Assembly: GCA_965651365.1 (NCBI GenBank)
Contig: CBFGSA010000001.1
Location: 1 to 60,044, forward strand
Length of the DNA: 60,044 bases
Source: an uncultured Rhodanobacteraceae bacterium
Lineage (GTDB): Bacteria > Pseudomonadota > Gammaproteobacteria > Xanthomonadales > Rhodanobacteraceae
Direction of reading: 5' to 3'
Each line of letters opens with the position of its first letter. Positions within the stretch are counted from its first letter, which is position 1. Shown here in pieces: positions 7,259 to 16,209 of the stretch. The notes beneath the pieces were generated by a model that saw nothing but the letters and a program-made list of their open reading frames with translations, did not search any database and was not told the origin of the DNA. Position numbers and translations under genes: made by a program.

Positions 7259-9922
7259 ATGAAACGTCTTGCCGCCTTGCTTGCCAGCCTTGCGCTGGCG
7301 CTTCTCAGTCCCGTCGTGCTGGCCGGGGACACGATTCCGCAGGGGCTGCTGCCGACCTGGGCCGTGCCGCAACACTACAGCCTGGATTTGAAGGTCGATC
7401 CGCGCCAGGACCGCTTCAATGGCACCAGCACGATCAAGGTGAAGCTGGACAAGGCTGCTGATCATGTGTGGCTGCACGGCCAGGACATGACGGTCGACTC
7501 GGTGCAGGTCACTCCGGCGGACGGCGAGCCCTTCGTTGCCAAGTGGGTCGAGGCCGACGGCAAGACCGGCGTGGCGCGGATCGATTTCGGCCACGAGCTC
7601 AAGCCGGGCATGCTGGATCTGGCGATCCATTTCAACGCGCCGTTCAACCAGCAGCTGCAGGGCCTGTACAAGGTCAGCCGCGACGGGCGCGACTACGCGA
7701 TGACCCAGTTCGAGCCGATCAGCGCCCGCTACGCCTTCCCCGGCTTCGACCAGCCCGACTACAAGACACCGTTCGACATCCGCATCACGCTGCCGGCTGA
7801 TCAGGTGGCCGTCGCCAACAGCGAGGAAACCGGCGTCAAACAGGGCGGCAAGGGCTGGAAGACCGTGACGTTTGCCACCACCCAGCCGCTGCCGACCTAT
7901 CTGGTGGCCTATGCGGTCGGGCCGTGGGATGTGATCAAGGGCAAGGCCATCGCCGCCAACCCGTGGCGCAAGCAGCCAATTCCCTTGCGCGGTATCGCGC
8001 CGCACGGCGAGGGCCAGCGCATGCACAAGGCGCTGGAACAGACCCCGGCGATTATCGAATATCTGGAGAACTACTACGCCTTCGGTTACCCCTTCGACAA
8101 GCTCGACCAGCTCGCCGCGCCCGATTTTGCCGCCGGCGCGATGGAAAACGCAGGGCTTGTGACCTACCGCGACTGGCTGATGCTGCTGGATGACAACTCG
8201 CCCATGCGCAACGTGCGTGGCTCGTTCAATACCGCGGCGCACGAGCTGGCGCACCAGTGGACCGGCGACACCGTGACCATGAAATGGTGGGACGACATCT
8301 GGCTCAACGAGGCGTTCGCCACCTGGATGCAGAAAAAGGTCACCGAAGCAATCCACCCCGAATACCGTGCCGACCTCGACCGCGTGGATGGTGCCGAGGG
8401 CGCGATGGGCAATGACAGCCTGGTCAGCGCGCGCAAGATTCGCCAGCCGATCACCGGCAACGGCGACATCAAGACCGCCTTCGACGGCATCACCTACCAG
8501 AAAGGTGCGGCGGTGCTGGCGATGTTCGAGAACTATGTTGGCGAGGACACCTTTCGGAAGGGCATGCGCGACTACATCCAGAAGTACAAATTCGGCAATG
8601 CCGATGCCAACGACCTGGTCGATGCCATCGCCGCGGCAGCCGCCAAGGGTGATGAATTCAAGCAGGCCTTCAACAGCTTCCTCGACCAGTCCGGCGTGCC
8701 GCTGGTGTCCACGCGTCTGGATTGCTCCGGCGACCACCCGGTGCTGCATCTGAAACAGAGCCGCTACCTGCCGCTCGGCTCAAGCGGTTCCAGCGACCGC
8801 AACTGGGGTATCCCGGTGTGTGCGCGCACGCCTGCGGGTACCGACTGCACGCTGCTGGACAAGGCCGAAGGTGAGCTTAACTTGAGCGGCAAGTCGTGTC
8901 CGGCCTGGGTCATGCCGAATGCCGATGCCCGCGGCTACTACCGCTTCGTGATGCCGCACAAGGACTTTGCTGCCTTGAGCAAGGTCGCGGCCAAAAAGCT
9001 CAATGATGCCGAGAAGCTGGCCTGGGCCGATGCGGTCGATTCCGGCTTCCGCCATGGCGATTTCCATGCCGCCGAAGCGCTGACCGCGATGAAGGTGCTG
9101 GCACCGTCCAAGACCGCCGATGTGGCCACCGCGCCGCTGGGCACGGTGGGCTGGATCTGGCGTCACGAACTGAGCACCGACGCGGAGCGCGACAAGGTGC
9201 GCAAGCAGGTTTCCGATGCCTATCTCAAGCGCCTCGAGTCGCTGGGTTACACGCGGCGCAAGGGCGATACACCGCAGGACGTGCAGTTGCGCGGTCAGCT
9301 TGCCGGCACGCTGGCGTTGACCTACAAGGTTCCCGCGGTCCGCGCGGCCTTGCGCAAGCAGGGCGATGCCGTACTCAAGGGCGATGGCAAGGGCCATCTG
9401 GCCTTTGCTGCGGCCAATCCGGACCTGATCGGCACGGTCCTGGCCGTGACGGTCGAAGAAGAAGGCAAGCCGGCCGTCGACAAGCTGGTCAAGGCACTGA
9501 AGACCACCACGGCGCCCGCGCACCGCAACGCCATCCTTGGTGGTCTGGGCAGTGCCAAGGGTGACCAGACCATCCGGGTGCGCAATCTGGCGATCAGCAA
9601 GGAAGTCAAGATGGGCGAAATGGCCCGCCTGTTCTTTGCCGATCGCGATACGCGCGCCGGGCGTGACGCGATGTGGCACTGGTTTGTCGACAATTACGAT
9701 GCCATCTACAAGCGCATCGGCGCCTTCGCCAGCGGCTACGTGCCCCGCCTGGCCGGCGGTGGCGGCTGCTCCGACGCCGAAGCCGAACGGCTGACCAAGT
9801 TCTTCCAGCCACGCCTCAAGGATCTCCCCGGTGCCGACCGCGGCCTGGCCCAGACCACCGAATCCATCCGTCTGTGTGCAGCTCTGAAAGCGGCGCAGCA
9901 GCCGGCAACCGCGATCCAATAG
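7259..9922 (+). CDS. secreted M1-family aminopeptidase (aminopeptidase N-like)
   Basis: GAMENAG exopeptidase motif and HELAHQW...WLNEAFA zinc site (HExxH-18-E). Signal peptide MKRLAALLASLALALLSPVVLA. Confidence 0.9.
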   Translation: MKRLAALLASLALALLSPVVLAGDTIPQGLLPTWAVPQHYSLDLKVDPRQDRFNGTSTIKVKLDKAADHVWLHGQDMTVDSVQVTPADGEPFVAKWVEADGKTGVARIDFGHELKPGMLDLAIHFNAPFNQQLQGLYKVSRDGRDYAMTQFEPISARYAFPGFDQPDYKTPFDIRITLPADQVAVANSEETGVKQGGKGWKTVTFATTQPLPTYLVAYAVGPWDVIKGKAIAANPWRKQPIPLRGIAPHGEGQRMHKALEQTPAIIEYLENYYAFGYPFDKLDQLAAPDFAAGAMENAGLVTYRDWLMLLDDNSPMRNVRGSFNTAAHELAHQWTGDTVTMKWWDDIWLNEAFATWMQKKVTEAIHPEYRADLDRVDGAEGAMGNDSLVSARKIRQPITGNGDIKTAFDGITYQKGAAVLAMFENYVGEDTFRKGMRDYIQKYKFGNADANDLVDAIAAAAAKGDEFKQAFNSFLDQSGVPLVSTRLDCSGDHPVLHLKQSRYLPLGSSGSSDRNWGIPVCARTPAGTDCTLLDKAEGELNLSGKSCPAWVMPNADARGYYRFVMPHKDFAALSKVAAKKLNDAEKLAWADAVDSGFRHGDFHAAEALTAMKVLAPSKTADVATAPLGTVGWIWRHELSTDAERDKVRKQVSDAYLKRLESLGYTRRKGDTPQDVQLRGQLAGTLALTYKVPAVRAALRKQGDAVLKGDGKGHLAFAAANPDLIGTVLAVTVEEEGKPAVDKLVKALKTTTAPAHRNAILGGLGSAKGDQTIRVRNLAISKEVKMGEMARLFFADRDTRAGRDAMWHWFVDNYDAIYKRIGAFASGYVPRLAGGGGCSDAEAERLTKFFQPRLKDLPGADRGLAQTTESIRLCAALKAAQQPATAIQ

Positions 9923-9929
9923 GTTGGAA

Positions 9930-9967
9930 CCGCATGCGGCCCTGGACTTCGGGCTGGCCGCATGCGG
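9930..9967 (+). terminator. 12-bp perfect stem-loop (CCGCATGCGGCC / GGCCGCATGCGG) 8 nt after the M1 peptidase stop; no U-tract
   Basis: Read directly. A terminator or mRNA-stabiliser role is inferred only from position. Confidence 0.35.
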
Positions 9968-10094
9968 CAGTTGACAGTTCGTGCCACGTCGGGCCCGGCT
10001 GCGCCGGTTCCGACCTGCGGTTTCGTTACCCTCAGCCTTGCCGCCGCGCGCCACTGCGCGCATCATGGGCGTTTCTCTTGATGCGGGACTTGCC

Positions 10095-12146
10095 ATGAAA
10101 CTGCTCACTTTGTTTGCCGCGCTCAGTGTCAGCGGTGCTGCCCTGGCGGCGCCGCACGCCTTCGATGTCAAGGATCTGGTGATGATGGAACGGGTCGGTG
10201 TCCCGGTGCTCTCGCCCGATGGCAAGACGGTGGCCTTCACGGTGCGCTCAACCGATTACGAGGCCAACAAGGGCCAGACCAGCCTGTGGACGGTGCCGCA
10301 AGCCGGCGGCGAGGCGCGGCAGCTTGTCGGCCATGAGCCGGGCGCCACCGGCCCGCGTTGGGCGCCCGATGGCAAGGCGATCTACTTTCTTGCAGGCAAG
10401 GACGAGCACACCCAGTTGTGGCGGGTTCCGGCAAGCGGTGGCAAGGCCGGTGCGATCAGCGATCTGCCGCTGGACATCAATGGCTACCAGCTTGCGCCGG
10501 ACGGCACGCGCGCACTGCTGTCGATCGCCGTGTTCACCGATTGCCCGCAGGGCGAGGCGATTGCCTGTACCCGCAAGCGTCTGGACGAGCGCAAGGACAG
10601 CAAGATGAGCGGCATGCTGTACCAGCGCATGTTCGTGCGCCACTGGAGCCAGTGGATGGACGGGCGTCGCTCGCAGTTGTTCATTGCCGACATCGGCAAA
10701 AACGGCAAGCTGGGTGCGCCGCGCTGGATCACGCGCGGCATCGACGGCGACATTCCCTCCAAACCTTTTGGCGATGCCAGCGAGTACGCCTTCGCGCCCG
10801 ATGGCAAGACGGTCTTCTTCGACGTGCGCATCGCGGGCAAGAGCGAGCCCTGGTCGACCAATTTCGACATCTACCGTGTGCCGGCCGACGGCTTGGCCGC
10901 ACCGAAGAACCTGACCGCGGCCAACCAGGCCTGGGATGCCTATCCGCTGCCTTCGCACGATGGCAAAACGCTCTATTATCTGGCCATGAAGACGCCCGGT
11001 TTCGAGGCCGACCGTTTCGCCATCAAGGCCATGGATCTGGCCAGTGGAAGCATCCGCGAGGTCGACCCGCGCTGGGATCGCTCGGCCGGGCCGATGAAAC
11101 TCTCGGCCGACGGCAAGACGCTGTACACCAGCGCCGACGACGAGGGCAACCATCCGCTGTTTGCGGTCGATATCGCCAATGGCGAAGTGCGCAGCCTGTC
11201 CGGCAAGGGCGCGATGAAGGGCTTTGACGTGAAGTCCGGCAACATCGTGTTTGCGCGCCAGGACTTCAAGCACCCGACCGATTTGTATACGGTCGCCGGC
11301 GACGGTGTGCGGCAACTCACCCATTTCAATCGCAAACGACTGGCCGACATCCAGTTCGGTGATGCCGAATGGTTCCGATTCCCCGGCTGGAACAACGAGT
11401 CGGTGCAGGGCTACGTGATGAAGCCGGTTGGCTACCAGGCGGGCAAGAAGTATCCGGTGGCCTTTCTGATCCACGGCGGGCCGCAGGGGGCCTGGACCGA
11501 TGATTTCCACTACCGCTGGAACCCGGAAATCTATGCCGGTGCGGGTTTTGCCGTAGTGGCGATCAACTTCCACGGATCGACCGGCTACGGCCAGGCTTTC
11601 ACCGACGCGATCAGCCAGCACTGGGGCGACCGTCCGCTGGAAGATCTGAAAAAAGGCTGGGTCGCCGCGCTCGACAAGTATGCCTTCCTCGACGGTGATC
11701 GCGCCTGCGCGCTGGGCGCCAGCTATGGCGGCTACATGGTGTACTGGATGGCAGGCAACTGGAACAAGCCGTGGAAGTGCTTTGTCGATCACGACGGCGT
11801 GTTCGACACGCGCACCATGTACTACGCCACCGAGGAACTGTGGTTCGTCGAGCACGAGAACGGCGGGCCGGAATATTCCGATCCGGCAATCTACGAGAAG
11901 TACAATCCCATCAACCACGTCAGGGACTGGAAGGTGCCGATGCTGGTGGTGCATTCCGACCGCGACTACCGCATCCCGGTCTCGCAGGGACTGTCGGCGT
12001 TCACCGCGCTGCAGCGCCAGGGCATTCCCAGCGAGTTCCTGCACTACCCGGACGAAACCCACTTCGTGTCCAAGCCGCGCAACAGCGTGCAGTGGCACCA
12101 CGCGGTGATCGACTGGCTCAAGCGCTGGACCAAGCCGAAGATGTAG
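10095..12146 (+). CDS. secreted S9-family serine peptidase (prolyl oligopeptidase/dipeptidyl peptidase type) with N-terminal beta-propeller
   Basis: Nucleophile elbow GASYGGYM. C-terminal catalytic region DRDYRIP...YPDETHF. Signal peptide MKLLTLFAALSVSGAALA at ATG 10095. Confidence 0.85.
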   Translation: MKLLTLFAALSVSGAALAAPHAFDVKDLVMMERVGVPVLSPDGKTVAFTVRSTDYEANKGQTSLWTVPQAGGEARQLVGHEPGATGPRWAPDGKAIYFLAGKDEHTQLWRVPASGGKAGAISDLPLDINGYQLAPDGTRALLSIAVFTDCPQGEAIACTRKRLDERKDSKMSGMLYQRMFVRHWSQWMDGRRSQLFIADIGKNGKLGAPRWITRGIDGDIPSKPFGDASEYAFAPDGKTVFFDVRIAGKSEPWSTNFDIYRVPADGLAAPKNLTAANQAWDAYPLPSHDGKTLYYLAMKTPGFEADRFAIKAMDLASGSIREVDPRWDRSAGPMKLSADGKTLYTSADDEGNHPLFAVDIANGEVRSLSGKGAMKGFDVKSGNIVFARQDFKHPTDLYTVAGDGVRQLTHFNRKRLADIQFGDAEWFRFPGWNNESVQGYVMKPVGYQAGKKYPVAFLIHGGPQGAWTDDFHYRWNPEIYAGAGFAVVAINFHGSTGYGQAFTDAISQHWGDRPLEDLKKGWVAALDKYAFLDGDRACALGASYGGYMVYWMAGNWNKPWKCFVDHDGVFDTRTMYYATEELWFVEHENGGPEYSDPAIYEKYNPINHVRDWKVPMLVVHSDRDYRIPVSQGLSAFTALQRQGIPSEFLHYPDETHFVSKPRNSVQWHHAVIDWLKRWTKPKM

Positions 12147-12331
12147 GAGCGGGCCATGCCCGCGATGGCCTGGCCCGGATGAAGTCGCGCAGCGAGGCAA
12201 TCGGGGAATTGGGTCCCGGATTTCGCTGCGCTGCATCCGGGCTACACGGTGTTCTGCGCTGGCGTGCGTCGCGATGTTCGGCGCTGGCGATGCCGTAGCC
12301 CGGATGAAGTCGCGCAGCGACGCAATCCGGG
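12143..12331. repeat. REP cluster: GTAGGAGCGGGCCATGCCCGCGAT (12143-12166) followed by GTAGCCCGGATG...CATCCGGGCTAC-type palindromic units (12171-12245, 12295-12331)
   Basis: Same families recur at 25699, 32146, 32184, 37555, 37607 and 38386. The first unit contains the TAG stop of the S9 peptidase gene. Confidence 0.8.
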
Positions 12332-12355
12332 AAGCCAGCCTGCTATTCTTGCCCC

Positions 12356-14587
12356 ATGCGCGAGGTGCCCAAACGCAGCTACCAGTTCGCCGATTGCGTG
12401 CTCGATCCGACACGGCAAACGCTGCTGCGTGATGGTGCGTCGGTGGAGGTGCAAAACCAGGTTTTCGACCTGCTGCACTTTCTGCTGCGCCATCCCGACG
12501 AGGTCATCAGCAAGGATCGCCTGCTGGCCGAGGTCTGGCACAACCAGCACCTGACCGACGCCACGATCGCCCAGGCCGTGCGCAAGGCGCGCTTGGCGGT
12601 GGGCGACGACGGCCACCGCCAGGCGGTCATCCAGACCGTGCACGGTCGCGGCATTCGTCTGATTGTTCCGGTACGTGTTGCCGATGCCGGACCCCCAGCC
12701 GATGCATCCGTCTCCGGCGACCCGGCGGCCTTGAGTGCAAGCCGCGGAACCCGAACCTTGACGACTGCGCAATGGTCGGCAGGTCTGTTGATTCTGCTCC
12801 TGGCCGTGGCGGCGATACTGGTCTTGTGGCAGTGGCAAAAGCCTGCCGCGGGTCCGGCGCTGGCCGTGCCATCGGTTGCGGTGTTGCCGTTCGAAAACGC
12901 CACGGGCGATCCCGAGTACCAGTGGCTGCAGTTCGGGTTGGCGAAAACCGTCGGCCTGCTGCTGCAGGAATCGGGTGTCGTGCGTGCGGTTGGCCCCGAG
13001 GTAACGGCGGACCTGCCCGAAGGCGACCTGGCGGATCGAACGGCCGTGCTCGGCACCGATTTCGGCATGGCGGCGCGCATCCACCGGTCGGCCGGGCGAT
13101 TCGAGGTCCAGTGGCACCTGTCGCAGCGCACCGCGCAGCCTGTCACCGGGCAATTCAGCACGGCCGATGCATCCAGCATCGCGCGGCAGTTGGTGGAAGT
13201 GGCGGTCGCTCATGCTGCCGGGACACCGAAAGCACCGGTGCCCGCGCAGCCCGTGTTGGATGATCCGCTGGCTCTGGAGCTGTACAGCCGCGGGATCGAA
13301 GCGCAGTACGCGGATGACCGGGCGCAGGCTGCCACCTTGCTGGCCGCGGCACTGGCGCGCGAGCCCGGCTCCCACGTTCTTGCGGTGGCGCTTGCCGTGG
13401 CCCGATTCGACCCGCGCGATGCAAAGAATTCCCTCGTACGTTATCGGAAGCTGCGCAAGGCGCTGCCCCCCGATGCGCGCTCGGCGCGCACCCAGCTGGC
13501 CTACGAGATCGGCAATCGCCTGTGGTACGAGGGCGAAGTGAAACTCGCCGAGCCACTGCTGCGGCAGGCACTGCAAAGCAGTCGCGAAGACCCGCTGCTG
13601 CGGGCGCGCATACTCAACAGTCTGGCGTTCGTGTGTCAGTCGCGGCTCAAGCATGAGCAGGCCTGGGAATATGCCAAGCAATCCGAGATGATTCTACGCG
13701 AACTCGATGATCCCTACGATCTCAGCATGGCAATGACCAACCTCGGGTATCTGGCCGAAGACATGGGCCGCTTGCTGGAGGCCGGCAACTACCATCGGCA
13801 GGCGCTGGAAATACGGCTGCGCTACCGTTTTCCATCACTGGTTGCCGCGTCCCGCTACGGCCTGGCCCGGATCAACCGCCGCCGGGGCGATTTTGCAGCG
13901 GCCGATGCGCTGCTGCAGCAGTCGCTGGCCGAGGTGGTTCGACTGAAACTGCCCTACGACCATTTCGACAATCTCGAAGAGTTGGCCGAATTGCGCATGC
14001 ATCAGGGCCGTTTCGATGATGCCGCTGCGGCCCTCAAGCAAGCGGACGCGCTGGCCCACGAATCGGGTGACGAAATCGGCCAGGCCTGGGCGCAGCAGGT
14101 CCGGGTACGGCTCAAGCTGCGGCGCGGGAACGCCGATGCGGAGGCGTTCGCACTGATTGACAAGGCCCGGGAGACTTTCGAGAAGCTGGGCGAGAATCAG
14201 GATGCGATTGGCGCGCGGGTGGAGCGTGCGCAGTTGCTGATGCTGGCCGACCGCACCGTCGAGGCGCGTGCAGTGATCGACCAAATTGTGGCCGGAAGCC
14301 CGCCCGGCAACCCGGTGCTGGCTCTGCGCGTGCGCCGCGTCCAGGCACGACTGGCTGCCCGTGACGAGCCGCATGCGGCGATCGCGGCCTGGCAGGACAT
14401 TGTGCGCGATGCACGTGCGATCGGTGCGCTGGACCTCGAGGCCGAAAGCGCGATCGATCTGGGACACCTCGCGCTGGCTCGATCACAGCCAGCGCTGGCG
14501 AAACGCATGCTGGCCATCGCGCGGTCCTGGTCACCCGATTATTACCGTTGTACCGAGCTGGCGCAGGCTATTCAAAGCCGTGCCTGA
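12356..14587 (+). CDS. CadC/ToxR-like membrane transcriptional regulator: OmpR/PhoB-type winged helix, one TM segment, TolB_N-like domain and TPR repeats
   Basis: YQFADCVLDPTRQTLLRDG...VFDLLHFLLRHPDEVISKDRLLAEVW (trans_reg_C pattern). TM segment LLILLLAVAAILVLW. VAVLPFENATGDPEYQWL, then TPR-like repeats. Confidence 0.8.
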   Translation: MREVPKRSYQFADCVLDPTRQTLLRDGASVEVQNQVFDLLHFLLRHPDEVISKDRLLAEVWHNQHLTDATIAQAVRKARLAVGDDGHRQAVIQTVHGRGIRLIVPVRVADAGPPADASVSGDPAALSASRGTRTLTTAQWSAGLLILLLAVAAILVLWQWQKPAAGPALAVPSVAVLPFENATGDPEYQWLQFGLAKTVGLLLQESGVVRAVGPEVTADLPEGDLADRTAVLGTDFGMAARIHRSAGRFEVQWHLSQRTAQPVTGQFSTADASSIARQLVEVAVAHAAGTPKAPVPAQPVLDDPLALELYSRGIEAQYADDRAQAATLLAAALAREPGSHVLAVALAVARFDPRDAKNSLVRYRKLRKALPPDARSARTQLAYEIGNRLWYEGEVKLAEPLLRQALQSSREDPLLRARILNSLAFVCQSRLKHEQAWEYAKQSEMILRELDDPYDLSMAMTNLGYLAEDMGRLLEAGNYHRQALEIRLRYRFPSLVAASRYGLARINRRRGDFAAADALLQQSLAEVVRLKLPYDHFDNLEELAELRMHQGRFDDAAAALKQADALAHESGDEIGQAWAQQVRVRLKLRRGNADAEAFALIDKARETFEKLGENQDAIGARVERAQLLMLADRTVEARAVIDQIVAGSPPGNPVLALRVRRVQARLAARDEPHAAIAAWQDIVRDARAIGALDLEAESAIDLGHLALARSQPALAKRMLAIARSWSPDYYRCTELAQAIQSRA

Positions 14588-16046
14588 AAATCACGTCGTC
14601 GGCTGCCTGGAATTCAACGGCACCGATGTCGCACCGATCACCGCTGCCACTGGCCGGCCGCGGCTGGCCGCGTTCATCCTCACCCAGCGATGCTCCGAAT
14701 ACGGTCTTGCACGGGCCGGTCTTGCCGCCATCGACGGCCGGGCTGCCCGGGCGGGGCAGAAAGCTCAGCAACTCGACATAGCTGCTGCCGTCGCCATTGT
14801 CTGCCAGGGTCATGAGTTGCGGATCGGTCATCGGCTGGTCGGTGGCTTCGCTGGTACAGGTGCCGCTGGTGTCGATATTGAAGCCCAGTGAGTTGTAGGT
14901 GCCATTGCCGGCTTGCACGTGGCACTCCTGTTCAGCACTGGATGCGGGGCTGTAGACGATGCTGTGGCCCATGCTGAGACTGGCGCCATCGGAAATCGAC
15001 AGGGCCTTGTCGATGACGCGGTTCTTGTAGTCATTGTTGATCAGGCTGTTGTGGAACATCGCCACAACTGCCGAGAAGCGTGCACTGATGGCATTGCCGA
15101 AGGATGTGTCGGAGATGTTCTTGCTGAAGCTGCTGTTGTCGATGAGGATGACACCATCATGCACGCTCAGCGCGCCGCCGTCTGTGCTGGCGTGATTTTC
15201 TGCAAAGGTGCTGGCCGTGATGTAGGCCAGCGCCGTGGAATCGGGTGCCTGCACCAGGATGGCTCCGCCTGCCTTGCCGCTGTCGTTGCCGTCAAAGCGG
15301 CTGTGGTCGATGTTAATGCTGGTGGTCACATCATCGCTGTAGATCGCACCGCCCGAGCCGGTGCTGGAATTGTCGCTGAAGGTGGATTCGCTGATGTTGA
15401 GATGGGTGACTGGCTCGGCGGCAGGGAAGCCCTGGATGGCCAGTGCACCGCCCGTGCCGCTGGTCTGGTTGCCGGAGAACACGCAGCGCTTGATGGTCAG
15501 CGTCGATGCATCGTGGCGTGGCAAGGTGGTGGCAATGGCACCCCCCTTGCCCTGGCTGCCATTGCTGGCGTTGTCGGCAAAGCGAATGCCCTCGAAGGTG
15601 AACGCGCCGCCACGCTTCAGCCACACGGCTCCGCCGGGCAGGGCATCGCCCGCATTCTTGAGCGTCATCAGACTGAGTTTGAAGTCGTGGCTGTCATCGG
15701 GCATGTCGACGATGAAGATCTGGCTGCTCGAGTGCGCATCCAGCGTCAGCGTATTCATGCCCAGTGCGAAAATCGTCACCCGCTCGGTGACCAGCATGGC
15801 CTGATTCACGGCGATGATGCCGGCCACGGCGACGTAGATGCTGTCGGTGCCGGTGCCGCTTCCGGCCACGCAATTGTCGGCAGCCGTGTTGTCATTGGCT
15901 GCGCGAAGGGCCTCGCGCAGCGAGCAGTCGCCGTCGCTGTTGTCTTCGTTGTCGAGGGTGTCCACAGTGATGAAGGCGGCCTGGGCGGGCAGGCAAATGC
16001 CGGCGGCGAGGGCCATCCCAAGAACGATGCGAAGTATCGGGGTCAT
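14568..16046 (-). CDS. secreted right-handed beta-helix protein with choice-of-anchor Q domain (paralog i)
   Basis: Signal peptide MTPILRIVLGMALAAGICLPAQA. DGDCSLREALRAANDN motif and repeated GGA(I/L) beta-helix rungs. C-terminal DERGQPRP...CDIGAVE. Start set at ATG 16046; the longer track ORF (to 16619) is an unsupported 5' extension. Confidence 0.8.
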   Translation of the reverse strand: MTPILRIVLGMALAAGICLPAQAAFITVDTLDNEDNSDGDCSLREALRAANDNTAADNCVAGSGTGTDSIYVAVAGIIAVNQAMLVTERVTIFALGMNTLTLDAHSSSQIFIVDMPDDSHDFKLSLMTLKNAGDALPGGAVWLKRGGAFTFEGIRFADNASNGSQGKGGAIATTLPRHDASTLTIKRCVFSGNQTSGTGGALAIQGFPAAEPVTHLNISESTFSDNSSTGSGGAIYSDDVTTSINIDHSRFDGNDSGKAGGAILVQAPDSTALAYITASTFAENHASTDGGALSVHDGVILIDNSSFSKNISDTSFGNAISARFSAVVAMFHNSLINNDYKNRVIDKALSISDGASLSMGHSIVYSPASSAEQECHVQAGNGTYNSLGFNIDTSGTCTSEATDQPMTDPQLMTLADNGDGSSYVELLSFLPRPGSPAVDGGKTGPCKTVFGASLGEDERGQPRPASGSGDRCDIGAVEFQAADDVIFRHGFE

Positions 16047-16209
16047 GATCGGTGTCCAGTGTTGGGGCGTTGTCCACACTGCGCGGCCCGCGCCGATATT
16101 GCTTGATCCGGGCATGACCGGTTCATGATCTGTGCGCTGGCCAGCCCGTTTTGCACAATGGCAACAAGGCTTGGGTACACTGGGGCCGGGCATCCTTCGG
16201 GGAAGGCGA

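Noticed and set aside
6935-8749. 604-aa minus-strand ORF opposite the M1 aminopeptidase gene. Similar long antisense ORFs lie at 3050-4639, 12242-13681, 14913-16106, 18196-20019, 21779-22876, 24531-25757, 27833-29164, 33774-35174, 39012-40034, 43206-44549, 49390-51033 and 55435-56991.
   Set aside because: Each lies opposite a gene with unambiguous family motifs. Their translations are low-complexity (R/A/G/P/H-rich), several span multiple real genes and intergenic REPs, and none shows a catalytic or structural signature.
9971-9976. Consensus TTGACA after the M1 peptidase hairpin, considered as a promoter for the S9 peptidase gene.
   Set aside because: There is no acceptable -10 hexamer at 16-18 nt spacing (CCCGGC), so the evidence is insufficient.
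10248-12413. 721-aa ORF on the minus strand, the same length as the S9 peptidase ORF on the plus strand.
   Set aside because: It is the antisense shadow of a gene with clear S9 motifs (GASYGGYM). The product is Arg/Ala/Gly/His-rich with no recognisable motif, which is typical of high-GC genomes.
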